Below, piece after piece: positions 24,458-32,000 of a stretch of 32,000 nt of DNA. The number at the start of each line of letters is the position of its first letter. Position 1 is the stretch's first letter. The position numbers and the translations under genes are program-made. The notes beneath the pieces were generated by a model, which made no database searches, was not told the origin of the DNA, and saw nothing but the letters and a program-made list of their open reading frames with translations. The stretch comes from Microcystis aeruginosa NIES-843. Its GTDB lineage: Bacteria > Cyanobacteriota > Cyanobacteriia > Cyanobacteriales > Microcystaceae. The DNA is taken from positions 4,380,001 through 4,412,000 of the forward strand of contig NC_010296.1 of the NCBI RefSeq assembly GCF_000010625.1, written 5' to 3'.

Positions 24458-25265
24458 TCAAGATAAGAGATAATATTCCTGGCAAGGTTTGGGAAAAAAT
24501 CTCAAAATGTTGCGCCTCTCATCCGTTAAGTTGCTAATCTTTTGATTGTCTTGAATACGTAGGAGATGAATCCCTTGAAAGCACTGAAATATCCAGCGTA
24601 ACGTCGGTCGGTCAGTTAACTTACCCAACGGATTTTTCAGTCCCGTCTCCTGCTGTTTTAAACTTAAACGAAGTTGTCTTTGACCAATAGTATAAACCAG
24701 CAGGCACAAGCCCATGAGCATGGCCATGACCTCGATTCTATGGGGAGATTTGAGAAAGACACTGTCAGCAAAAAAGCAGGGGTCTTTGAGAAAAGAAAAT
24801 CCTCTTTCTGGAGCTTGTTGCCCCTTATATTTTTTGAGTATATCCTCACTGCTCAATCGTTTTTTCTCCAAATCGTTAGTTGCTAAAACGAATCGTCCTG
24901 CTCGTTTCTTTAGCCTCTCAATCGCTGCCAAATTCAACTCTAATTCGGCTTGAACTTGATAGCTTTGAGAGGGTAAATCGTCTTTTGATTTGAGTTTTGA
25001 CCCCTGGGACTCAGGCGGAATGAGATTGACTTTAATCTCCGTTAACTGATGAGATTTTAAGGAGTCAGATAATCCTTTGGCTATCGCCAACGCCACCGCT
25101 CTATTCTCAAATTCTCTTCGGGATAGTTGCCGGATTTTTTCTTGGGCAGAATTCTTTTCCTGCTCGATTTTTTTCTCTAATTTTTTCAAGTCTGATTCTT
25201 GTCTAGCTTGACTTTCAACTAGCAACCATCTTTGTTCTATCCCCCCATAGTTAGAGATGGTTTCC
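24458..25265 (-). pseudogene. IS1634-family (IS4-related) transposase, C-terminal ~270 codons only
   Basis: QRWLLVESQARQ...GRFVLATNDLEKKRLSSEDILKKYKGQQAPERGFSFLKDPCFFADSVFLKSPHRIEVMAMLMGLCLLVY is the conserved C-terminal half of IS1634-type transposases. The N-terminal half is missing, and the track's Met lies inside the terminal repeat of the adjacent MITE. Confidence 0.75.
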
Positions 25266-25447
25266 GGGAGCATCTCACCTTTGCAATGAGCATAAATACT
25301 TAGTGGAAAAATAGGCTTTTCGAGGGTAATTCTTGTTTTAATTCTCCATGTACGCAGTCTTTAAAAGCCTCTATTTCGTTCCAAGACACGATTAAGAGTG
25401 GCTTTTAGGCTAAGTATAATTACTTATCGCGTAAGTGAGATGCTCCC
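25266..25447. mobile_element. 182-bp MITE derived from the GGGAGCATCTCAC-ended IS family
   Basis: Terminal inverted repeats GGGAGCATCTCAC (25266-25278) and GTGAGATGCTCCC (25435-25447), with subterminal similarity continuing for about 27 bp. No ORF. No clear TSD. Confidence 0.7.
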
Positions 25448-25474
25448 CAATTCCCTGCGTTGCCCCGGCCGCTC

Positions 25475-25504
25475 TTGCCTAAAAAGCCCCAGATATGTCA
25501 TAAT
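25475..25504 (+). promoter_or_regulatory. Candidate promoter of rpmG-rpsR
   Basis: TTGCCT (25475-25480), a 17-18 nt spacer, then TCATAAT (25498-25504), about 40 nt upstream of the rpmG ATG. Confidence 0.4.
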
Positions 25505-25542
25505 GATCGATTGCGTGTAAATTTACCCGATCCCCTGTTGTT

Positions 25543-25737
25543 ATGGCTAGTAAAAAAGGCGTTCGCCTGATCATCACTGTAGAATGCACGGAATGCCGCA
25601 GTAATCCCGATAAGCGTACCCCCGGCGTTTCTCGCTACACCACCAGCAAAAACCGTCGCAATACCACCGGCAGACTGGAAATCAAGAAATACTGTCCCCA
25701 CTGCAATAAGCACACCGTCCACAAGGAAATTAAGTAA
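25543..25737 (+). CDS. rpmG: 50S ribosomal protein L33
   Basis: 64 aa. [62 protein letters not shown], with the CxxC...CxxC zinc ribbon. Confidence 0.95.
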   Translation: MASKKGVRLIITVECTECRSNPDKRTPGVSRYTTSKNRRNTTGRLEIKKYCPHCNKHTVHKEIK

Positions 25738-25777
25738 ACACACTTTAGTTAAAAAGTCAAGCAATCTTTACAAATCT

Positions 25778-25993
25778 ATGAGCTACTATCGTAAACGTCT
25801 CTCTCCCATTTCCCCCAGTCAACCGATTGACTACAAAGACACCGAACTCCTCCGCAAATTCATCACCGAACGCGGCAAAATTCTGCCTAGACGTATCACC
25901 GGTTTAACTTCTAAACAACAGCGAGATTTAACTGAAGCGGTGAAACGGGCCCGTTTAATGGCTTTATTGCCTTTTGTCAACCAAGAAGCCTAA
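25778..25993 (+). CDS. rpsR: 30S ribosomal protein S18
   Basis: 71 aa. [50 protein letters not shown]. Confidence 0.95.
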   Translation: MSYYRKRLSPISPSQPIDYKDTELLRKFITERGKILPRRITGLTSKQQRDLTEAVKRARLMALLPFVNQEA

Positions 25994-25997
25994 ATTT

Positions 25998-26036
25998 AGT
26001 GATCAGTGATCAGTAATCAGTGAACAGTGATCACTG
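25998..26036. repeat. Heptamer tandem repeat (AGTGATC-type) just after the rpsR stop
   Basis: AGTGATC-AGTGATC-AGTAATC-AGTGAAC-AGTGATC-ACTG. It ends in the 12-bp palindrome CAGTGATCACTG. Confidence 0.9.
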
Positions 26037-26344
26037 AAAATAATTGGCTAATTAAAACAGTTATCCTAATGGTGGGGTAGGAGGTTCTCCTTTTGGAGAG
26101 CCGGTCGTCGATGCCAAATTAGGTTATGCTTCCTCTTGATAAGAAACGCTGTATTTGATAAGTAATAGCACAAAATTAACTTCTTGGTGAGGATGTCAAG
26201 CACTTATGGAAGAGGTAGTTAGATATGTTTAATTAATTGTATCTACCTACTTAAGTAGGTAGGCGTTAAAAGTTGTCAGATGCCCCCTTATCAAGGGGGG
26301 ATTAAGGGGGGAACCCCCCGCCTATCGGCGCCCCCCTTATCAAG

Positions 26345-27931
26345 CTATCCATTAGTCACATCTTTCTTAACATAAAATTTGACAAAAAGAGAAAAGTGTG
26401 CCAGATGGCTCAAGGGGGTTCTATAGGGGGACTAATTTGATGAGATAGTTTCCAAGTCTGGCTGATATCATGTAACCTTCGCAGTCCCAACCAAATAGTT
26501 TTAACACCAGGTTCACCGTCACCTTTTCTACCTAAAAACCCCCCAAGAGAAGCAATCATTCTGACCGCTTCTCGAAAGGAGGGCGGCTTTTCAGGTGGCG
26601 GACTCTTTTTATGAATAGTGGCACACAAAGATTGCCATTCATGTTCTTCCAAAAAACTTTCACAACTCTCCTCTCCGTGTAAGCGTGCTTGATAGGTTAA
26701 CCAAAGTAATCTCCAAGCTACAATTGAATAGGTAGCTAAGGCCATCTCAATTCTCCTACCCGTTTCTAATTGCAGTTTTTCTAATCCACAACCACTTTTT
26801 AAAACAAAATGATAGCGTTCTATTAACCAGCGATAACTATACCAGCGCACACAGGTTATCGCTGATTCAAAGCTACTAATGTCTAGGCTAGTTAAGAGCA
26901 GCCAACTGATAGGATTAACTCCGCTATGCGGATTTTCTTCTTCAGCTAAAATTACCTGTAATTTGACCGGTTGACGAGGGGTCGCCTTGGAGTGATGGCT
27001 AGGTACTTGTATTTCAAAACTGGCAAATCTAACTGTTAGTTTAGCTAGTCTAGCCTCGTGATTAGGATTGCGTTTTACTTGCACATCTAAGGTCCCACAG
27101 GCTTTTATTTCTCTGATGGATTGATGTAAATATTTAGGCTCTGAATGCCCTGACCTTTGCTTGTCTTCGAGATAGTTAACTTTTCGGTTATGAGTTCCTC
27201 GAATTAATAAATGAGAGTTAGGACTTCTTGATTGGGCAAATAAATCAAATATGTCTGCCTCACAATCTCCGATTGTTACTACTTGAATATCTTCGGGTAT
27301 CTGTTGTTGTGTTTCTGACAAAGAATCTAACCATCTTTGACTTTCTTTTTCTTGGGTTTCTCTTTTTTTGCGTTGCTTGGCAATCCCTAAATTCTTTTCT
27401 TCTCTTGCCCAGACATATTGATTAATCAGTCCTAAAGGTATTCCGACTGGGGACACTCCTAAGGTGGTATGAACTTTGAGACCAAAGGATTTTTTATAAT
27501 CTAGATAACCCATGCCTTTTTTGGCTTTTTGCGTCGTAAAGTCTAAACTTGTTGTGTCTTGCACTGCCAAAACTATTGGATGTTCTTTGATTCTTTCTAC
27601 TGTACTTTTGGCCTGGGCGGCAATTATATCTGAGGGGTGAAAATAGGGGGAATTCCAAAAGTCGTAGGTGGCACTCGCTGCGGCTAGATTTCCTGAAGCT
27701 TGTGGCACACTTGTACTAGGTTGACTGGCCAAGTTTTCCACGATACTGATTAACCTTTTCTTTCTTCTGGTGTCCCCTAGGTCTGCATACTGTAATTCTT
27801 GGGCTGCCCATTTCTCCATTTTTTTGCTTACCTCCACCTTAATTCCTTCTTTCAAAACTATACCTATCAATCGTTTCCCCTTTTTTTAAGTTTCTTCTCT
27901 TTTTGTTAAGAAAGATCCGACTAATGGATAG
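26345..27931 (-). mobile_element. IS4-family (IS50/Tn5-like) insertion sequence, intact, 1587 bp
   Basis: The ends CTATCCATTAGTCACATCTTTCTTAACA (26345-) and the reverse complement of -27931, CTATCCATTAGTCGGATCTTTCTTAACA, match except 2 nt. Perfect 9-bp target duplication CTTATCAAG (26336-26344 and 27932-27940). Confidence 0.92.
26410..27819 (-). CDS. IS4-family Tn5-like DDE transposase
   Basis: Track ORF 26410..27870. The likely start is MEKWAAQELQYADLGDTRRKKRLISIVENL (ATG 27819), which is Tn5-like. Catalytic blocks: AVQDTTSLDF, GDCEADIFDLF and YSYRWLIERYHFVLKSG. Confidence 0.9.
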   Translation of the reverse strand: MEKWAAQELQYADLGDTRRKKRLISIVENLASQPSTSVPQASGNLAAASATYDFWNSPYFHPSDIIAAQAKSTVERIKEHPIVLAVQDTTSLDFTTQKAKKGMGYLDYKKSFGLKVHTTLGVSPVGIPLGLINQYVWAREEKNLGIAKQRKKRETQEKESQRWLDSLSETQQQIPEDIQVVTIGDCEADIFDLFAQSRSPNSHLLIRGTHNRKVNYLEDKQRSGHSEPKYLHQSIREIKACGTLDVQVKRNPNHEARLAKLTVRFASFEIQVPSHHSKATPRQPVKLQVILAEEENPHSGVNPISWLLLTSLDISSFESAITCVRWYSYRWLIERYHFVLKSGCGLEKLQLETGRRIEMALATYSIVAWRLLWLTYQARLHGEESCESFLEEHEWQSLCATIHKKSPPPEKPPSFREAVRMIASLGGFLGRKGDGEPGVKTIWLGLRRLHDISQTWKLSHQISPPIEPP

Positions 27932-28014
27932 CTTATCAAGGGGGGCAGGGGGGATCGAACCTAAAATCCATTTTTAATTTAATTATAACCAGCTACTTAA
28001 CTTAAAACTTAAAC

Positions 28015-28056
28015 CTGATCACTGATAACTGGTCACTGATAACTGATAACTGATAA
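28015..28056. repeat. Heptamer tandem repeat (CTGATAA-type) x6
   Basis: CTGATCA-CTGATAA-CTGGTCA-CTGATAA-CTGATAA-CTGATAA. This is the complement orientation of the CAGTGAT-type family. Confidence 0.9.
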
Positions 28057-28232
28057 GCGATCTCAGTATATTGGGGTTGCTTTCTCGTTTTTGCAAAGAA
28101 ATATATCGAAATCGGCAGCGGATAGGAAAATTCGTGCGAGAATCTTAAAAAATAATTAAATCGCTCTAGGAGTAGCCAACGATTTTGTGATTATCGATCC
28201 AAATCCACCAATTAGCACAATGGGAGGCTCTT

Positions 28233-30461
28233 ATGGAAAAGCAGCCATCAGCAATCGATACCGAGTTAGATGGACAGCTACAAGAGGAGGATTCCGAGCA
28301 GTTTCTGCGTAGTATATTTAATTCCGTGCAAGCGTCGATTTTTGTGGTGGACGTGCTGGAAAATAGAGATTTTCGCTATGTGGGGGCCAACCCCGTTCAT
28401 GAACGCTGGACAGGACTGCGCTCATCAGATATTAAAGGCAAAACTCCCGAACAGATCCTTCCCCCCGATGATGCGCGTAGTGTGCGGCAACACTATAGTG
28501 ATTGTGTACGTTACGGAACGACTATTTCCTACGAACAGTATTTACCTTTTCAAAATATACCCTACTGGTGGCTAACAACTTTAACACCCCTACGGGATAA
28601 CAATGCGCGCATCTATCGTTTAGTGGGAACCAGTACCAATATCACCGAACGCAAACAGGCCGAAGAAGCTTTAAGATTACAAGCAGAACGAGAACAACTA
28701 CTGGGGGTAATGCAGGAAAGAATCCGGCAATCGTTGGATCTTGATCGCATTTTGCAAAGAACTGTTAAAGAAGTGCGACAATTTCTCAACTGCGATCGAG
28801 TGTTAATTTATCGTTTATTCCCCGATCATAGTGGCATGATTGTGGTGGAATCCCATACTGCGAGGATTAATTCTGTCTTAGGAAACAGGATACAGGATCC
28901 CTGTTTTAATTTATCCCCAGAACGTCTGGAAAATTATCGTCGCGGGAGAATTCAAGTTATTGAAAATGTCCATAATTCGGGACTTGATCCCTGTTATCGC
29001 AGCCTACTAACCTCTTTGCAAGTACAAGCTAACTTGGTGGTGCCGATTATCTGTGATAACCAACTCTGGGGGTTACTAATTGCCCAAAATTGCCAAAAAA
29101 CTCGTTCTTGGCAATCCCAAGAAATCGATCTGCTCAAACAATTAGCCATTCAAGTGGGAATTGCCATTCAACAAGCAGAACTGCACCAACGGGTAAAATG
29201 CTTGAATACTGCCCTAGAATCGGAGGTTCAGCAAAGAACCGCCGAATTGCAGATGAGTTTGAAGTATGAAGCATTAATCGGACGGATTACCGAAAAAATT
29301 CGCGATAGTCTCGATGAAAACCATATTCTGCAAACCACCACTAGGGAATTAGTCCAGGTTTTACCCGTAGAACGCGCCCAAATTGAGCTTTACGATCCCA
29401 GTCGCAGTCAAGCCACTATTGTCCACGAATATACCACTCAAAAGCTTATCTGTCAGGGAATTACCCGTCAAATTAGCGATTTTCCCGAAATCTATCAACC
29501 GCTGCTGCACAAACAAATTTTACAATTTGTTGATCGTCTTCCCCTTGGTAATCCGCAAATTGGTCGTGTTAACCGTTGCGCTTGTGCTATCTTTGACGAT
29601 CAGGGTTTTTTGGGCAATCTTTGGCTAATTCGACCAGCTAATCAGATTTTTAACTCCTTAGAAACTAATTTGATTCAACATATTGCCACCGAATGTGCGA
29701 TCGCTATTCGACAGGCGCGACTTTACGAATCTTCCCAAGCACAAGTTAGGGAACTAGAAAAACTGGAAAGATTAAAAAGCGAATTCCTGAAAACCCTTTC
29801 CCATGAACTGCGAACCCCGATTACCAGCATTCGTCTAGCGGTGGAAACCCTAGAAAGTCTCCTAGAAGATCAAGGGATCGAGATCGATCCACAGGATTCG
29901 ATCGGTCAACTGTTGCAAATTCTTAACATTGAATCTCAACGTCAGAGTAAGTTAGTTAATGATCTGTTGACTTTAACCTATCTGGATGCGGAAACAGAAC
30001 CCCCGGCGATCGAAGCAATTGACTTACTTTCGTGGCTACCCTTATTAGTGGAACCTTTTCGTCATCTCACCCGTGAGCGACAACAGCAGTTAATTTTAGA
30101 TATAGATGGGGATATACCGGAGATTAACACCAGTCTGTGTCATATCGAGCGCATAATAGCGGAATTACTTACCAATGCTTCTAAATATACCCCAGAACGA
30201 GGAATAATTAGGGTAAATGTGAGGCGTGCGGATGAGCAAATATTAATTAGTGTGAGCAATTCAGGAGTAGAAATCGCCCCAGAGGAATTATCAAGAATAT
30301 TTGCCCCTTTTTATCGCATTCCTAGCCAAGATCCCTGGCGCTACAGTGGTACTGGTTTAGGTTTAGCTTTGGTCTGCAAACTGATTAAACCCCTGAATGC
30401 CACCATCGATGTCACCAGTGCCAACGCTGTCACCACTTTTACCCTCACCTTGCCAATCTAG
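28233..30461 (+). CDS. Sensor histidine kinase, PAS - GAF - GAF - HisKA - HATPase_c
   Basis: 742 aa. A PAS-like N-terminal region, then two GAF-like blocks (LDRILQRTVKEVRQFLNCDRVLIY...LWGLLIAQN and ILQTTTRELVQVLPVERAQIELY...). The phospho-acceptor box is FLKTLSHELRTPIT. ATP-binding motifs are ELLTNASKYTP and GTGLGLALV. Confidence 0.88.
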   Translation: MEKQPSAIDTELDGQLQEEDSEQFLRSIFNSVQASIFVVDVLENRDFRYVGANPVHERWTGLRSSDIKGKTPEQILPPDDARSVRQHYSDCVRYGTTISYEQYLPFQNIPYWWLTTLTPLRDNNARIYRLVGTSTNITERKQAEEALRLQAEREQLLGVMQERIRQSLDLDRILQRTVKEVRQFLNCDRVLIYRLFPDHSGMIVVESHTARINSVLGNRIQDPCFNLSPERLENYRRGRIQVIENVHNSGLDPCYRSLLTSLQVQANLVVPIICDNQLWGLLIAQNCQKTRSWQSQEIDLLKQLAIQVGIAIQQAELHQRVKCLNTALESEVQQRTAELQMSLKYEALIGRITEKIRDSLDENHILQTTTRELVQVLPVERAQIELYDPSRSQATIVHEYTTQKLICQGITRQISDFPEIYQPLLHKQILQFVDRLPLGNPQIGRVNRCACAIFDDQGFLGNLWLIRPANQIFNSLETNLIQHIATECAIAIRQARLYESSQAQVRELEKLERLKSEFLKTLSHELRTPITSIRLAVETLESLLEDQGIEIDPQDSIGQLLQILNIESQRQSKLVNDLLTLTYLDAETEPPAIEAIDLLSWLPLLVEPFRHLTRERQQQLILDIDGDIPEINTSLCHIERIIAELLTNASKYTPERGIIRVNVRRADEQILISVSNSGVEIAPEELSRIFAPFYRIPSQDPWRYSGTGLGLALVCKLIKPLNATIDVTSANAVTTFTLTLPI

Positions 30462-30490
30462 TCGAGCAGAAAACTTTTTAGAAAAAAACC

Positions 30491-30519
30491 TTGCAATTAT
30501 TTCGAGGGCGTGCTATATT
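30491..30519 (+). promoter_or_regulatory. Promoter of tRNA-Phe
   Basis: TTGCAA (30491-30496), a 17-nt spacer, then TATATT (30514-30519). The tRNA 5' end lies about 13 nt after the predicted TSS. Confidence 0.55.
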
Positions 30520-30538
30520 GAGAAAGGACAAAAAAAAC

Positions 30539-30611
<73 letters not shown>

Positions 30612-30781
30612 TCGGAAAAACAATAAAATTAGCCCTGTATTTACCTCCTATTCTGCTAGGTTTTGTAAATGTAGCCCTTCTCGTCAAGATGAAGTGTAAC
30701 CTAATTTGGTAAGCTGAAAGCTTTGATGTACTTAGTTTATAACCTTCTTTTTAGGTAGGAGAATTGCCAGATTCTTTCTTT

Positions 30782-30840
30782 TGCCTGTTGCCTGTTGCCT
30801 CTTGCCTTCAGTTCACTGATTACTGATGACTGATCACTGA
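30782..30840. repeat. Composite heptamer module (TGCCTGT-type then TGATNAC-type)
   Basis: TGCCTGT-TGCCTGT-TGCCTCT-TGCCTTC, then AGTTCAC-TGATTAC-TGATGAC-TGATCAC-TGA, followed by a C-run (CCCCCCAACCC). Confidence 0.85.
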
Positions 30841-30918
30841 AAAGTCCCCCCAACCCGCAACTACTTTTTGATTTTTGGCTTGACGTAAGCGGTCACGGAT
30901 TAAGATAATCTAACAAGT

Positions 30919-31662
30919 ATGTACGATAATGAAATCCTAGACTCTAACAACTCCTTAAATAATCCTCTCGATGGGAGCGATCCGGACCTAGCAGCGGAAA
31001 TCCCCCCCGATCCAGAGGAAATGCTCTCATTGCTTACTTCTGATCATCTGAGCGAGAGAATGATCGCGGCCCGCGCCTTTTGTGAATTGCGTGACGAAAG
31101 AGCGATCGCTCCTTTACTGGAGATGTTAAGCGATGTCTGTCCCCTAGTGCGTGTCAGTGTCGCCTACGCTTTGGGCAGAAATCCCAGTCTTAGCGCCGTG
31201 GAGCCTTTAATCGAGCTACTGGCCAGAGATTGGAATGGTTACGTCAGAAAAGGGGTAGTTTGGGCCCTAGGTAACTGTGGTGATCGCAGAGCGATCGAGC
31301 CTTTGGTTCATGCTCTCAAAACCGATATTTCGGCGGTGCGATTATGGGCTGCCAGTAGTTTGGCCCAGATTGCCAAGGTCAATTATGAAGATATCATCAC
31401 CGTCTTGCCGCCTTTAATTGAAGGATTGCGCCGAGATTTAATCGCGGCGGTGCGGAGTAATTGCGCTTGGTCGATCGGTCAATTATGCCGAGAATTGCCC
31501 TTAAATGTGATTTATGCCACGGCGATCGATGCTTTGATCGAGGCCTTGGTGGAAGATGAGGATTTAGGTGTCAAGGAAGATGCCAGGGGTGCTTTATTAA
31601 AAGTGGGCGACCCGAGAGGATTACAATTGATCGAGGAATTAGAGCTTGAAGGAATTATCTAA
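30919..31662 (+). CDS. HEAT-repeat protein (PBS-lyase HEAT-like repeats)
   Basis: 247 aa. Repeated ...R..AA.ALG..GD.RAI.PL...L.D... units, for example ERMIAARAFCELRDERAIAPLLEMLSD and VRKGVVWALGNCGDRRAIEPLVHALKTD. Confidence 0.8.
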   Translation: MYDNEILDSNNSLNNPLDGSDPDLAAEIPPDPEEMLSLLTSDHLSERMIAARAFCELRDERAIAPLLEMLSDVCPLVRVSVAYALGRNPSLSAVEPLIELLARDWNGYVRKGVVWALGNCGDRRAIEPLVHALKTDISAVRLWAASSLAQIAKVNYEDIITVLPPLIEGLRRDLIAAVRSNCAWSIGQLCRELPLNVIYATAIDALIEALVEDEDLGVKEDARGALLKVGDPRGLQLIEELELEGII

Positions 31663-32000
31663 ACCGCTAATTTTGGGCGTTACGGGGGCATCAGGGCTGA
31701 TTTATGCCGTCCGTACTCTCAAATATCTACTTTTAGCCGACTACACGATCGATCTAGTGGCCTCCAAATCAGCTTACACTGTCTGGCAAGCAGAAGATAA
31801 TGTGCGGATGCCTCCAGAACCAGAGCTGCAAGAACAATTTTGGCGCGGCCAATGCGGGGTGATGGAAGGGGGAAAATTACGCTGTCATCGTTGGGGTGAT
31901 GTGGGGGCAACGATCGCCAGTGGTTCCTATCGCACCCTTGGTATGGTAATTATTCCCTGTAGCATGAGTACAGTGGCCAAATTAGCGGGGGGATTAAGTT
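31646..32000 (+). CDS. ubiX: Flavin prenyltransferase UbiX (3' end outside window)
   Basis: The frame is open from 31643 to the window end and is not in the track because it has no stop. It reads PLILGVTGASGLIYAVRTLKYLL...GATIASGSYRTLGMVIIPCSMSTVAKLAGG, typical of UbiX/Pad1. The start is uncertain: TTG at 31646 would overlap the upstream gene by 17 nt. Confidence 0.8.
   Translation, partial: MKELSKPLILGVTGASGLIYAVRTLKYLLLADYTIDLVASKSAYTVWQAEDNVRMPPEPELQEQFWRGQCGVMEGGKLRCHRWGDVGATIASGSYRTLGMVIIPCSMSTVAKLAGGLS

Noticed and set aside
26243-26262. A perfect 20-bp palindrome CTACCTACTTAAGTAGGTAG, considered as a possible operator or recombination site.
   Set aside because: It is a single occurrence in an AT-rich spacer with no adjacent gene to regulate. 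It is noted but is not interpretable from sequence alone.
27820-27870. Longer start for the IS4 transposase, giving the track's 486-aa version.
   Set aside because: Tn5-like transposases begin close to the ...W...ADLGD.RR motif. MEKWAAQELQYADLGD (ATG 27819) fits, and the 17 extra codons are probably spacer.
31719-31910. ORF 31719..31910 (minus, 63 aa).
   Set aside because: It is antisense to the clearly recognisable ubiX reading frame, which runs off the window end.

Overview
Cyanobacterial chromosome segment. Evidence: many HIP1 GCGATCGC sites, form-IB RuBisCO and beta-carboxysome genes. The IS load and heptamer repeats suggest a Microcystis-like genome, which is inference only.

Core genes:
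- Minus strand, 9.5-16.3 kb: ccmK2-ccmK1-ccmL-ccmM-ccmN followed by rbcL-rbcX-rbcS.
- Then a Nif11-like small protein, miaB, a DUF2358-like protein, a DUF697-type GTPase, a PEP-CTERM protein and rpmG-rpsR.
- Then a PAS-GAF-GAF histidine kinase, tRNA-Phe(GAA), a HEAT-repeat protein and the 5' part of ubiX.

Accessory content is heavy:
- Bases 1-6900 are an IS graveyard. It holds a transposase tail, an intact IS1380-family element with a 5-bp TSD inside an ABC-type ATPase gene, and an ISL3 fragment. It also holds a second truncated ATPase paralog and a dead IS1-family element.
- Further along are an IS630 element, an IS1634 transposase remnant, a 182-bp MITE and a clean Tn5-like IS4 element with a 9-bp TSD.

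Most interesting:
1. An AT-rich two-gene operon (7016-9480) with its own consensus promoter. It encodes a split ABC/SMC-like ATPase plus a DUF4435/Toprim-like protein. This is a PARIS/AbiL-class candidate anti-phage module with a divergent ATPase architecture, lying directly against the rbcS terminator.
2. A 0.65-kb ORF-free, hairpin-dense segment (23783-24415) behind a good sigma70-type promoter. It is a candidate large structured RNA of unknown class.
3. A perfect (GGGGTGT)17 G-quadruplex-type tandem repeat, and a family of composite heptamer repeat modules at gene ends.

All family assignments rest on motif recognition by eye. No database search was run.
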